Source: a virus (lineage: Duplodnaviria; Heunggongvirae; Uroviricota; Caudoviricetes). From it: a stretch of 64,000 nt of DNA. Position numbers and translations under genes: made by a program. Of this stretch, positions 38,468 to 47,718 are shown in pieces (position 1 is the first letter of the stretch; each line of letters starts with the position of its first letter). The notes beneath the pieces were generated by a model. That model saw nothing but the letters and a program-made list of their open reading frames with translations. It ran no database searches and had not been told where the DNA came from. The stretch is taken from the IMG/VR virus record IMGVR_UViG_3300028888_000043, positions 9,756 to 73,755 of that record; one strand, 5' to 3'.

Positions 38468-40852
38468 ATGAGCAGACCTGTAAACATATCAGATACTCTG
38501 ACATTCAATCCTACCGGTTATACTGGTGCATACAATATGTCATTGTCCAATCCGACCAATGGATATCATGGTTCAGATTGGACATCAAATTATGCAACAA
38601 TAACTTTAAGTAGTACAACATCTGGATATGTATATTTCACATTTACAATTTCTGATATACCTTCAAATGCAACAATTACAAGTGTAACTTGTTCTGTAAG
38701 AGAACGTGCAAATCAGAGTAACCGTGTATCCAATGCATCAATACAATTATATAGCAATACAACTGCAAAGGGTAGTGCTACAACAACATCATTATCCACA
38801 AATGCCACAGTTTATAATATCACAAATGCAGGAACATGGACAGTATCAGAATTAAGTAACATAAGGTTAAGGATTAATGGTCGAAAAGCAAATACCCAAA
38901 ATTCAGGAAATATTCGTTTCTATGGTGCAACTCTCTCAATAACCTATTCCATCCAGGGGACTGAATATGAAATCATCTCCACACTCAGTACTGATGATGT
39001 GGACTCCATTGATCCTGCCGGACTCACATATGTAATGGGTGGTGATGGTTATGAACTGAATATTTATACAGACAGCCTGGATGATATAAATGTATTGGAC
39101 AATGATGTGGATGTGACAAGTCAACTTGTACTTACTCATTCAACAGGAGAGTCATCCACAGACACTTTCATCCCAACATCATATGATTCCAACAACTCAT
39201 CATATGACAGTATCTATGAAGGTTCACCCACAAATGGTCTTACTGCTCACACAGATTCAAACAGAATATGTGCTTATGTCACACAGACCGCCTATGCAGA
39301 GGCAAGACTCACTTACAATTTTGACTGTTCTTCAATCCCACAAAATGCAATAATCAGTAGTGTGACCTGTATTGCTAATGCCGCTTGTTTCAGTAATGGA
39401 CAATATTTTGACACCAAGACACTACAACTATATTCAGGAAGTACTGCAAAGGGTTCAGCAGTAACAATAACTGGAACAGGAAATACAAGTACAAGTCATA
39501 ACATTAATGGAGGGTCCTGGACCAGGGCTGAACTTGACAATGCCAAAATTGTTGTTTATATACAAAGAGGAAACGACACAACACAGGCATCCTTCTCATT
39601 CTGGGGAGCAACATTGTCCGTTACTTACAGTCTACCTGCTGATGACTATTATGTCTACACTCTTTCCAATGTCAGTGCAGACCATACCATCATCATAGCA
39701 AATGCCATCATAGAAATCCCAGAGGAGGATCCCCAGTATGACTACTACCCGATAACCATATCCAGTATCAATGCTTCCACCACGCCTGGTCGTGGTACGG
39801 TTCGCATCGTAGAAGGAACAAACCAAACAATCACCATCTACCCGGATGACCCGCAACTCACACTGGCGACAGACAATGGAACAGACATCTCCAACCAGTT
39901 GGTCCAGCATGGTGGCACAATACCTGACCCGACAGTTGCGACTGCGACCGGCGCATCATATGGATTCACACTGAACAGTTCAACAGGATATTATACATCT
40001 ACAAACAATGGTGTGAATTCATCAGCTGCTGTCTGCCATGTGACTTTCAATTTACCAGTGAGATGCCTTGTCACCATCAATTACATCAACTATGCAGAGG
40101 CAACTTATGATTTTGGTGTATTTGGAAACATTGATACTGCATTGAATACAAACAACTATGCTGCCGGTTCAAATGGTGCGACCATAACAGATACAAATTA
40201 CAAACTTGCTTGTAACACGTCTTCATACAATACAGCATCAGTACAAACCATTACATATGAGATTCCTTCTGGACAACATTACATAGACATCAAGTATTCA
40301 AAAGATGATGCAACTGCTTCAAACAATGACTCCCTCCAGTGGAAGATCGCATCCATAGAACCCCTGGAGAACAACAACTATTACACATACACACTGTCAA
40401 ACATTCAGGAATCACATTCCCTGATATTTGTCTTTGGTAATATCTCCTACTACTTTGTGAACTCTTCCAGTTCAGGTGCCAAGCTCTATCCGAATGGATC
40501 AATGGTCCATCTCCAGGGTGACTCCTACCGCCTGACAATAGTGCCTGATGACTACACATACAATGTCAGTGTGACAGACAACAATGTCAATGTCTCCTCC
40601 CAGGTGCAGAGAAAGGAAGAGCAGGTGACAAAGGAAGGGAACACCTACACTGTGGTGAACTTCATATACACTCTAAACAACATCCAGGCAACCCACAACA
40701 TAGTGGTCATCTGCACCGCAAGTGAGTCACTTCACCTGAAAGTGAACAACAGTTGGGTGAGGGTGTCAAAAATCTACAAGAAAATCAACAATGTCTGGAC
40801 AGAGGTCACCCTGGATTCACTCACAGAACCAAGCATTTACATAAAAAAATAG
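38468..40852 (+). CDS. large fibre/structural protein (794 aa), S/T/N-rich
   Basis: paralogous segments with 40902 gene; C-terminal KVNNSWVRVSKIYKKINNVWTEV. Confidence 0.55.
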   Translation: MSRPVNISDTLTFNPTGYTGAYNMSLSNPTNGYHGSDWTSNYATITLSSTTSGYVYFTFTISDIPSNATITSVTCSVRERANQSNRVSNASIQLYSNTTAKGSATTTSLSTNATVYNITNAGTWTVSELSNIRLRINGRKANTQNSGNIRFYGATLSITYSIQGTEYEIISTLSTDDVDSIDPAGLTYVMGGDGYELNIYTDSLDDINVLDNDVDVTSQLVLTHSTGESSTDTFIPTSYDSNNSSYDSIYEGSPTNGLTAHTDSNRICAYVTQTAYAEARLTYNFDCSSIPQNAIISSVTCIANAACFSNGQYFDTKTLQLYSGSTAKGSAVTITGTGNTSTSHNINGGSWTRAELDNAKIVVYIQRGNDTTQASFSFWGATLSVTYSLPADDYYVYTLSNVSADHTIIIANAIIEIPEEDPQYDYYPITISSINASTTPGRGTVRIVEGTNQTITIYPDDPQLTLATDNGTDISNQLVQHGGTIPDPTVATATGASYGFTLNSSTGYYTSTNNGVNSSAAVCHVTFNLPVRCLVTINYINYAEATYDFGVFGNIDTALNTNNYAAGSNGATITDTNYKLACNTSSYNTASVQTITYEIPSGQHYIDIKYSKDDATASNNDSLQWKIASIEPLENNNYYTYTLSNIQESHSLIFVFGNISYYFVNSSSSGAKLYPNGSMVHLQGDSYRLTIVPDDYTYNVSVTDNNVNVSSQVQRKEEQVTKEGNTYTVVNFIYTLNNIQATHNIVVICTASESLHLKVNNSWVRVSKIYKKINNVWTEVTLDSLTEPSIYIKK

Positions 40853-40880
40853 AGAGCCTTTTAACTCTCTATTTTTTTTT
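40850..40880 (+). terminator. Rho-independent terminator
   Basis: TAGAGAG-ccttttaa-CTCTCTA then T9. Confidence 0.7.
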
Positions 40881-40901
40881 GAAATTATCCATAAATAATT
40901 T

Positions 40902-42788
40902 ATGAGTCAAAGAGTAATAGATACAACACAAACAGTAACATTCGTACCGGTATCCAGGGACAGAGAAAATAGTAATTTCTATTCCTGGACTATCGGTGGT
41001 GGATCTGGACCATTCCGCGCGGCCGATGCAAGTTCTACTACCAATTATGACACTCTACAATATGTGAGGACAACCGGCGCAGATTCTTATTTTTATTATG
41101 ACTTCAATGTCACCGGAATTCCATCATCGAATGTACTTATAAATTACATAGGCGGTAGGGTACAAATCCGTGTCGCCAATACATCATCATCATACTTTCA
41201 GGTAAAAGAAGTATATTTCACCAACCAGCTACAGAAGCTGACAAGTTCCGGTAACATAAATTCAGCATTGGCACAGAACATAGTCACCATCCCGTCTTAT
41301 GATGATTCCGGCTTGGAGGATTTGGATTTGAATGACATCAAACTGTGTGTCCATCTCGTAAAAGGAACTTCAAACAACAACTCATCAGCATATATCTATG
41401 GCGCAAACCTGGACATCAATTACTCCACATATCATTATGAGTATGACATCACTGTTCTGAACAATACTGACAAAGTGTCAGTGACAGGTGACTCATATAC
41501 TTTATCAGAAGGACAGTCGCAGACAATCTCGTTCGTAATCGCCAATCTCAATGCCATCGCTATCGAGGACAATTTCCAGGACATCAAATCACAACTGGTC
41601 AACACAACCGGGAACACATATACTTATACCATCTCGAATATAGATGATGATCACATCATCACCTGTGAAGACCGGGCGATAGACATCAGTGATGAGGATC
41701 CCAATTATGATTACCACACATTGTCCATTTCAGGAATAAACATCAGTACCGTGCCGGCATTCGGGTCACACAGATATGTGGATGGCAGTAATGTGGTCAT
41801 CAATCTCAATCCTGATGAACCAAATTTGAAACTGGCATTGGACAATGGTGTAGACATCTCAAACGATTTGGTCATCACATCATCATACACCTACACATAT
41901 ACAACATCCAATGTCTCTGGTACTACTTCCTGGACAAACAACAATGGTGTATATTCAAATGGAAATGCTGGAAACAACAGTACAAGATCAACAATACAGT
42001 TCAACTTCAATACGAGCATTCCCTGTCTGGTGACTTTCTATTACTGGGGCGCACTGACCGGAAACGATGCCATCTGCTTTGGAAATCTCAATCAGACCCT
42101 GACAACGGATGGCACACAGGATTCAGCATCAATAAGAAAACATTGGAAGGGCGGCACATTCACATATGCTGAAGCGGATGCATTTGCAGTAAGTTACGAG
42201 AATGTTGAAGGATCCAATTTCGTCCAGGTGAAGGTGAGAAGAAACAACAACACAAGCGGAGCAAGTTACCACACTGCATATGTGAGAGTGGAAATCACCC
42301 CGATGGTACCCGAGACATATCAGTATACTATCTCAAATATGGACACCGATCATTCGCTGGTGTTCGTCTTCGGTGATGTGGTTTATTACACTGTCCAGGA
42401 AACGACATCCCTCACCGGATTAACCGTCTTCCCGACAGGATCCTGGGTGGTACTTCCTGATGATTCATACAAACTGACAGTGATACCGGACAATTCCCTC
42501 ATCCAGTTGGAAGTGGAGGACAACGGAACCACACAGCAGATGGAAAGAGTCGAGTATGTGAATGATAATGATGATGTTATCATCAATTATGTGTATAAAT
42601 TGTTTAACATAAATGAGAATCACATCATCAATATCGTGGAGAAAACACCGGATGTGAAATTATATATGAAGATAAATGGTATATTCACAGAGGTATCGCA
42701 AGTATATAAGAAGATAAATGGAGAATGGATGCCACAGGAAGATATCCTGAATCTGTTCGGGTCAAATGTTGTTTATATAAGCAAGTAA
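40902..42788 (+). CDS. large fibre/structural protein (628 aa), paralog of 38468
   Basis: shared blocks (YTYTLSNI..H.L.FVFG..YY.V......L...P.GS.V.L..DSY.LT..PD); C-terminal KINGIFTEVSQVYKKINGEWMP. Confidence 0.55.
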   Translation: MSQRVIDTTQTVTFVPVSRDRENSNFYSWTIGGGSGPFRAADASSTTNYDTLQYVRTTGADSYFYYDFNVTGIPSSNVLINYIGGRVQIRVANTSSSYFQVKEVYFTNQLQKLTSSGNINSALAQNIVTIPSYDDSGLEDLDLNDIKLCVHLVKGTSNNNSSAYIYGANLDINYSTYHYEYDITVLNNTDKVSVTGDSYTLSEGQSQTISFVIANLNAIAIEDNFQDIKSQLVNTTGNTYTYTISNIDDDHIITCEDRAIDISDEDPNYDYHTLSISGINISTVPAFGSHRYVDGSNVVINLNPDEPNLKLALDNGVDISNDLVITSSYTYTYTTSNVSGTTSWTNNNGVYSNGNAGNNSTRSTIQFNFNTSIPCLVTFYYWGALTGNDAICFGNLNQTLTTDGTQDSASIRKHWKGGTFTYAEADAFAVSYENVEGSNFVQVKVRRNNNTSGASYHTAYVRVEITPMVPETYQYTISNMDTDHSLVFVFGDVVYYTVQETTSLTGLTVFPTGSWVVLPDDSYKLTVIPDNSLIQLEVEDNGTTQQMERVEYVNDNDDVIINYVYKLFNINENHIINIVEKTPDVKLYMKINGIFTEVSQVYKKINGEWMPQEDILNLFGSNVVYISK

Positions 42789-42793
42789 AACCA

Positions 42794-42848
42794 CTGCGAT
42801 TGCGATATGCGAATTGGTCCGTCCATCTGGGCGGATCAATTTTTTTTG
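42794..42848 (+). terminator. TGCGA repeat (CTGCGATTGCGATATGCGAA) plus terminator hairpin plus T8
   Basis: TTGGTCCGTCC-atct-GGGCGGATCAA (2 G-U pairs) then T8 then GTAAAAAAGTG. Confidence 0.7.
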
Positions 42849-42859
42849 TAAAAAAGTGT

Positions 42860-42906
42860 AAAAAAAATTTGGTAGTCTCGTTTTTTTGTTGTATCTTCGT
42901 ATCAGG
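42860..42906 (+). promoter_or_regulatory. class-A consensus promoter (variant -7 TATCTTCG)
   Basis: AAAAAAATTTGG...TTGTATCTTCGTATCAG. Confidence 0.5.
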
Positions 42907-42926
42907 AAATAAAAAGAACAGATATT

Positions 42927-43691
42927 ATGAAAAAGTCCGACATCATCGACGCCCACAATGCCCTCCTCAACAAGCTCAAGACCGTCCTTGCAGAGTACAA
43001 GGCACTCACAGGTCTGGACTATCCCAAGGCAGACTACCTCATCTCCCAGCTTGGTCCCTACACGATGAACTGGGGCAAGGAATCCCTCCAGAATCGCCTC
43101 AATGAGCGTCAGAATGCCATCATCACCATCCCCCAGGAGGCTGACATCTATGTCAAGACCGAAGAGATGAAGTCCTCCGAGGAAGGTCAAGCTTTCATCG
43201 CCTCCCTGGAGAAGTGCCAGACTGACATCTTGGCAGAGATTCACAATCTCTCCAAGGATTTTGTCGCCAAGTTCAATGAGATGCTTGCCATCTGTGGTCT
43301 CAAGGACTGGGAGATTGTCACCTATAAGAACCTCGAGAAGAACGCCCTCCCCCATATCCTTCCTTCTTTCGGCAAAGAGTTCTTTGACATCGTGAAGAAG
43401 GACATGATGTATGCCAGAGTCCATATCCACATCGGTTGTGACCATGGTGAATGGAAGATGAGTGTGGCTGCCGGTATCAACGGAGGAACTGTCCTCGGCG
43501 AGAATGGCGAAGAGTATCAGCAGTTCAAGGCATACATCACCATCTGCGACCATGCCAAGGCCTTCCAGATTTGGATGAACAACACCTATAATAAGATGGC
43601 CGAACAGATGAAGTCCCTCCTGGCTGCCCTTGACAAGGCTGACGAGGCAGTCCGTGACCCATACGCTGCCTGGATTGCATCAAAGAACTAA
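42927..43691 (+). CDS. hypothetical protein (254 aa), C-biased codon usage
   Basis: ORF after promoter; antisense ORF 42762-43553 rejected. Confidence 0.5.
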   Translation: MKKSDIIDAHNALLNKLKTVLAEYKALTGLDYPKADYLISQLGPYTMNWGKESLQNRLNERQNAIITIPQEADIYVKTEEMKSSEEGQAFIASLEKCQTDILAEIHNLSKDFVAKFNEMLAICGLKDWEIVTYKNLEKNALPHILPSFGKEFFDIVKKDMMYARVHIHIGCDHGEWKMSVAAGINGGTVLGENGEEYQQFKAYITICDHAKAFQIWMNNTYNKMAEQMKSLLAALDKADEAVRDPYAAWIASKN

Positions 43692-43763
43692 AAAAGTCAA
43701 GATTCTTTGAAACTTTTTCCAGGATTACAGGTATTATATAGTGAACCTTTAGAAGACACAGAC

Positions 43764-44588
43764 ATGATTAACTACACCAACATCACAGAGAACATCAACA
43801 TCTATTTCCGTGAAATCCGCAAGTTCCAGAACATGACCAAGGAAGATGAGGATATCCTTTTCTTCCGGGTGTCTCAGGGAGACAACTCTGCCGTCACTGA
43901 AATCTTCAACAAGATGGCGAAGCTCGCAGTCGCAACTGCAAAGACCTATACATCCGACCCAGACCTCCTTCAGGATCTCATCCAGGAGGCAAACTGCGGA
44001 ATCCTGGAGGCCATCCGGAAGTTCAACCCTTCAATGGGCTTCCGCTTCTCCTCCTATGCCCGCTGGTGGATGAAGGCGAACATCTCCAAGTTCCTTAATG
44101 AGAGCATGACTGTCCATCCTTCCAATGGGAGACTGATAATCATCGCCAAGAGAATCCGCCAGGAGTTCTTCAAGGAGAACCAGAGGGAAATCACCGAGTG
44201 TGAACTGATGGATCTCCTGGAAGAGAGAGGAGAGGTAGTCACTGACATCACCGCCATTTTGTCAGTCACTGTCGACAGTATTGACAAAGTGTCAGGTGAC
44301 GATGACAGCACCTTTGAGCAGTCCAAACTGTTCAACTCCAGGTCCGCCATCGACAATGACTATCTGTGTGTGGAGGAGAATGAGAGTCTCTCCGATGACA
44401 TTGATGGTCTGCTGAACAGACTCACCATCCGTGAAAGGACTATGGTGAAGATGAAGTTCGGTATCGGCTTTTCCGAGATGGAATATCCCGACATCGCCAA
44501 GAAGTGGGCAAGGATGACCGGTGAGAAGGTGATGAGTGCGGAGAGAGTCCGTCAGATCGTGGTAGGCGCTCTCAAAAAAATGAAGTAA
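43764..44588 (+). CDS. sigma-70 family RNA polymerase sigma factor (regions 2-4)
   Basis: DLIQEANCGILEAIRKFNPSMGFRFSSYARWWMKANI (region 2.1-2.4); LTIRERTMVKMKFGIG...SAERVRQIVVGALKKM (region 4.2); ATG start (track start 43707 is TTG). Confidence 0.75.
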   Translation: MINYTNITENINIYFREIRKFQNMTKEDEDILFFRVSQGDNSAVTEIFNKMAKLAVATAKTYTSDPDLLQDLIQEANCGILEAIRKFNPSMGFRFSSYARWWMKANISKFLNESMTVHPSNGRLIIIAKRIRQEFFKENQREITECELMDLLEERGEVVTDITAILSVTVDSIDKVSGDDDSTFEQSKLFNSRSAIDNDYLCVEENESLSDDIDGLLNRLTIRERTMVKMKFGIGFSEMEYPDIAKKWARMTGEKVMSAERVRQIVVGALKKMK

Positions 44589-44607
44589 CCCATAAAACAG
44601 AAAAGAT

Positions 44608-45213
44608 ATGAAAAGCAACTCTGACATCATCTACGTCATCAGCGCCCTGGTCGTGGTCGTCATCTTCCTGGGAGGTCTTAAACTTTTCATCGACCAGGAC
44701 AACAAGGATAAGGTGACCGAGACCATCATCGAACCCTCCCAGCAGGAACAGGTTGTTGACTTCAGTCATAATCCCGACCTCTACTACCAGTCTCTCCTCT
44801 ACAAGAGTGACAAGGGATTCAAGGAGATTGGTCTCTACACCATCCTCGGTCCCGACTATGACAAGTTCAACTATGTGGTGGATGCCGATCCTGAAATCCA
44901 GGAATATATGGACAAGACCCTCAAGGGATACTGCCACCAGACTCTCAACCTGTTCAATATGGCCTGGAATGATATGAAAGAGAATGACCTCTATGACGGT
45001 CATATGATCAATGTCCTGGAATCCATCATCCGGCAACAGAAAATGTTCCTGAATAAGTATGGATCTGCCAATGTGAAGGAATATGCCAAGACCAATATCT
45101 TCCGGGATGAGAATATCAACCTCGCTGCAGCCTATGAGACAGCTGCAAAGATGAAGAAGGTTGAAATGCTCGACCACTTCACTACAGAATATGAATTAAA
45201 AAACACCAAATAA
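44608..45213 (+). CDS. membrane-anchored protein (201 aa)
   Basis: N-terminal TM IIYVISALVVVVIFLGGL. Confidence 0.45.
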   Translation: MKSNSDIIYVISALVVVVIFLGGLKLFIDQDNKDKVTETIIEPSQQEQVVDFSHNPDLYYQSLLYKSDKGFKEIGLYTILGPDYDKFNYVVDADPEIQEYMDKTLKGYCHQTLNLFNMAWNDMKENDLYDGHMINVLESIIRQQKMFLNKYGSANVKEYAKTNIFRDENINLAAAYETAAKMKKVEMLDHFTTEYELKNTK

Positions 45214-45218
45214 AGACT

Positions 45219-45437
45219 ATGTTCAAGAATTACATCAGCGTGTCCTTCCAGGTTGTAGGAGGTAACTTCGGATGTGTGTACACGGCCATCAGAGGAAAGT
45301 TCACCTTTGATGAACTCAAACAGAAGATCTCCAAATTCGCCAATGACAAGTATGGTTACAATGTCGATCCGAAAGACATCACCATCACCGGCATCAGTGA
45401 AATCTCCCGGAGACTGTACAAACGATTAACCAAGTAA
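45219..45437 (+). CDS. hypothetical protein (72 aa)
   Basis: ORF. Confidence 0.4.
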   Translation: MFKNYISVSFQVVGGNFGCVYTAIRGKFTFDELKQKISKFANDKYGYNVDPKDITITGISEISRRLYKRLTK

Positions 45438-45442
45438 GACCT

Positions 45443-45823
45443 ATGATCAGGAAGACCGGAGAATACTCCAAGATGAAGAAAATGGATCTATCCAAGTGGG
45501 TGGTGACCAAGTTCTACCACTACACATCCTGTGCAAGGGATGTCTTTGCCGAGTATGATCCATTCTGGCATGAACCTGCCTGGGGTGACCCCTATGTGAA
45601 AGAGGTGTATGACCATTTCCTGAAATGTGCCGATGCCTACCTCAACTATCCAAAGATAGATTTTGCATCCCTGGGCAACCAGAACAAGACAACCATAGAG
45701 ATTTTCAACATCAAGACCGGAGAGAAACTATACCTCACCCAGTATGACGGCCGCTACTCCATCGGCAGGGATGTGTGGAGTGAGTTCGGTTATGTAACAG
45801 AATTTGGAATCATCAAGAAATGA
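45443..45823 (+). CDS. hypothetical protein (126 aa)
   Basis: ORF; ATGA overlap with next. Confidence 0.45.
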   Translation: MIRKTGEYSKMKKMDLSKWVVTKFYHYTSCARDVFAEYDPFWHEPAWGDPYVKEVYDHFLKCADAYLNYPKIDFASLGNQNKTTIEIFNIKTGEKLYLTQYDGRYSIGRDVWSEFGYVTEFGIIKK

Positions 45824-46191
45824 GTGTCTGGGCAGACATACACAAGAGGAGTAACGGCACCACTGTCCGGAAAGAAGATCTTCCCCAGGGGTATGATCCA
45901 ATCCTGGAAGAGAGGATGAAGAAGTATGAAGAGGAGAGGAAAATAGAGGTGGCAAAAGCAGAGAAAGAACAAAGGTTCCTGGACATCTGGGACAGTATCT
46001 GTCTTGCTATGGTCATCATCATGATTTTCTCTTCTGTAGTGACTGTAACCTGTGTCTTGATGTATGGTAATTATTTACCCATCTGGCTGATGGTGATCTT
46101 TTGTTCGTCCGCATTCGCCAGTATGGTAATGTCCATTGGTGGAATGTATTTCAATGATATGAGAAGTCATATACGAAAATATCTGGAATGA
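45820..46191 (+). CDS. MSIW-leader family member 4 (123 aa; C-terminal 2 TM)
   Basis: MSVWADIHKRSNGTTVRKED; hydrophobic C-terminal half. Confidence 0.6.
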   Translation: MSVWADIHKRSNGTTVRKEDLPQGYDPILEERMKKYEEERKIEVAKAEKEQRFLDIWDSICLAMVIIMIFSSVVTVTCVLMYGNYLPIWLMVIFCSSAFASMVMSIGGMYFNDMRSHIRKYLE

Positions 46192-46445
46192 GTATCTGGT
46201 CTGACATACACAGAAGATCCAATGGTCTTGCCATCAGGAAAGAGGATGACATCCAGCAGGAACCGCCGATAATAGACCTGGACTTTTCATCCTTATATCC
46301 AAGGACCATAATCTTTGATCATCCGGAATCACTGTCTGATGGTTCAGGTCAGAATCATACACAGGCAGACTTTGATGAGTTGTTGAAAAAATATTTAAAA
46401 GAATTAAGAGATGAGCGTCTGGGCAGATATACACAAGAGGAGTAA
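46188..46445 (+). CDS. MSIW-leader family member 5 (85 aa)
   Basis: MSIWSDIHRRSNGLAIRKED. Confidence 0.55.
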   Translation: MSIWSDIHRRSNGLAIRKEDDIQQEPPIIDLDFSSLYPRTIIFDHPESLSDGSGQNHTQADFDELLKKYLKELRDERLGRYTQEE

Positions 46446-46932
46446 CGGTGTCTCCTTGAAAAAAGAGAAGGTCGTCTTCAAGGAGATGGTCTATTCTTCT
46501 TACAGGGAAATTGAAATCATTGCCCGCAATGTCTACAAGGGAGTCGAGTACTTTGTTGTGAACATCGGAATCCATCCCTGTGCATATGTGGTCTGTGAGA
46601 AGGAATTCCTTGACAAGCATAGAGATGAATGGGGTGACATCGATGGCATCAGTGTCCATGGAGGAGTGACCTATACTGGAAAACTCTCTGCTCTATCTGC
46701 TTTCGATGATGACCTGGAGCTGGAAGATGTATATTGCTTCGGTTGGGACTATGGCCATTGCGGCGACTGGTCAGGATACCTGACTGACTTCCAGAATGGT
46801 GAAAACAGGAAGTATGATACTTGGATGGTGGTTGATGATTGCAAGTCTGCCATCGACCAGTACCTGGAAAAGAAGAAACAGGATGACTCACTGGCAACCC
46901 TGACCTACACCGGATCATACTGGGTGGCATAA
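46411..46932 (+). CDS. MSIW-leader family member 6 (173 aa); C-terminal domain paralogous to stand-alone gene 46998-47684
   Basis: MSVWADIHKRSNGVSLKKE; shared GIHPCAYVVC..VHGGVTYTG..CFGWDY..DW domain. Confidence 0.6.
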   Translation: MSVWADIHKRSNGVSLKKEKVVFKEMVYSSYREIEIIARNVYKGVEYFVVNIGIHPCAYVVCEKEFLDKHRDEWGDIDGISVHGGVTYTGKLSALSAFDDDLELEDVYCFGWDYGHCGDWSGYLTDFQNGENRKYDTWMVVDDCKSAIDQYLEKKKQDDSLATLTYTGSYWVA

Positions 46933-46939
46933 ATATCAG

Positions 46940-46974
46940 AGGCGATGTCAAGGCATCGCTTTTGTTATATTTAA
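46940..46974 (+). terminator. terminator hairpin plus class-B element TTTTGTTATATTTAA
   Basis: GGCGATG-tcaagg-CATCGCT then TTTTG. Confidence 0.55.
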
Positions 46975-46997
46975 ATGATATAAAAGTGTTTCAGGTT

Positions 46998-47684
46998 ATG
47001 AAGGAAATCATCTACAACCATCAGCCCAATTTCTTCGAGATAGTTGATGAGGGTGAATACAAGGGTGTGAATTACATCTGTATCAACAGGGGAATCCATC
47101 CGGCAGCATGTGTCATCTGTGATGAGAGGTTTCTCAAGAAGCACACCAGTAAGGGAGGTATCATAGAGTGCATCACTGTCCATGGAGGGATGACCTATTG
47201 TGGTGACATCAGTAAGGTGAAGCAACTTGAGGGTCACACTGGTCATTGCTTTGGCTGGGAGTACAACAGGAACAATGACTGGGCCGGATTCTGGACAGAT
47301 GAGGAGAACATCAAGGCGGGCAACCACAAATGGACAACCAAGGAACTGGTATATGACTGTCACCGGGCTATCGACCGCTACCTGGAGATTATGGAGAAGG
47401 ATAATATCCTCGACCCGGTGACCAGTCCGCTCATCACCAAGGATGATCTCAAGAACCTGGGATTCCACTCCATCTATGAGATGATGAAGAATGATGAGGA
47501 GAGTGCCTTCCAGTTAAATGGAGTCAATGATGGGAACAAGTGGTCCATCTATGTGGATCTCCAGACTCCCAGTCTGTCCTATGCCAGGAATCAGAGTCCG
47601 AGAAGGAAGTATGAAGGAAGTATCCTGACTATGGAGGAACTCCGGATGGTGGTGGATCTCTGTGACATCCCTATAGATATTTGA
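46998..47684 (+). CDS. hypothetical protein; paralog of the C-terminal domain of MSIW member 6, lacking the leader
   Basis: GIHPAACVICDERFL..VHGGMTYCG..CFGWEY..DWAGFW; ATG start (track start 46962 is TTG inside the class-B element). Confidence 0.5.
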   Translation: MKEIIYNHQPNFFEIVDEGEYKGVNYICINRGIHPAACVICDERFLKKHTSKGGIIECITVHGGMTYCGDISKVKQLEGHTGHCFGWEYNRNNDWAGFWTDEENIKAGNHKWTTKELVYDCHRAIDRYLEIMEKDNILDPVTSPLITKDDLKNLGFHSIYEMMKNDEESAFQLNGVNDGNKWSIYVDLQTPSLSYARNQSPRRKYEGSILTMEELRMVVDLCDIPIDI

Positions 47685-47691
47685 CGAATCT

Positions 47692-47718
47692 GCGATTATG
47701 CGATTGCGGCCAGAATTT
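47692..47718 (+). repeat. TGCGA tandem-repeat element (CTGCGATTATGCGATTGCGG)
   Basis: same element family as 29545, 42794, 49152, 61516, 63034. Confidence 0.6.

Noticed and set aside
42762-43553. 263-aa minus-strand ORF overlapping gene 42927-43691
   Set aside because: L/G/D/V-rich mirror-image composition typical of antisense translation of an E/K-rich gene. The plus gene has a consensus promoter and fits the operon.
44572-45177. 201-aa minus-strand ORF
   Set aside because: Antisense of 44608-45213. No signals.
46962-46997. Track ORF starts at 46962, 43707, 20145, 18281, 30925
   Set aside because: These begin with TTG inside terminator or promoter elements or overlap upstream genes. They were trimmed to the first in-frame ATG (46998, 43764, 20223, 18287, 30931).
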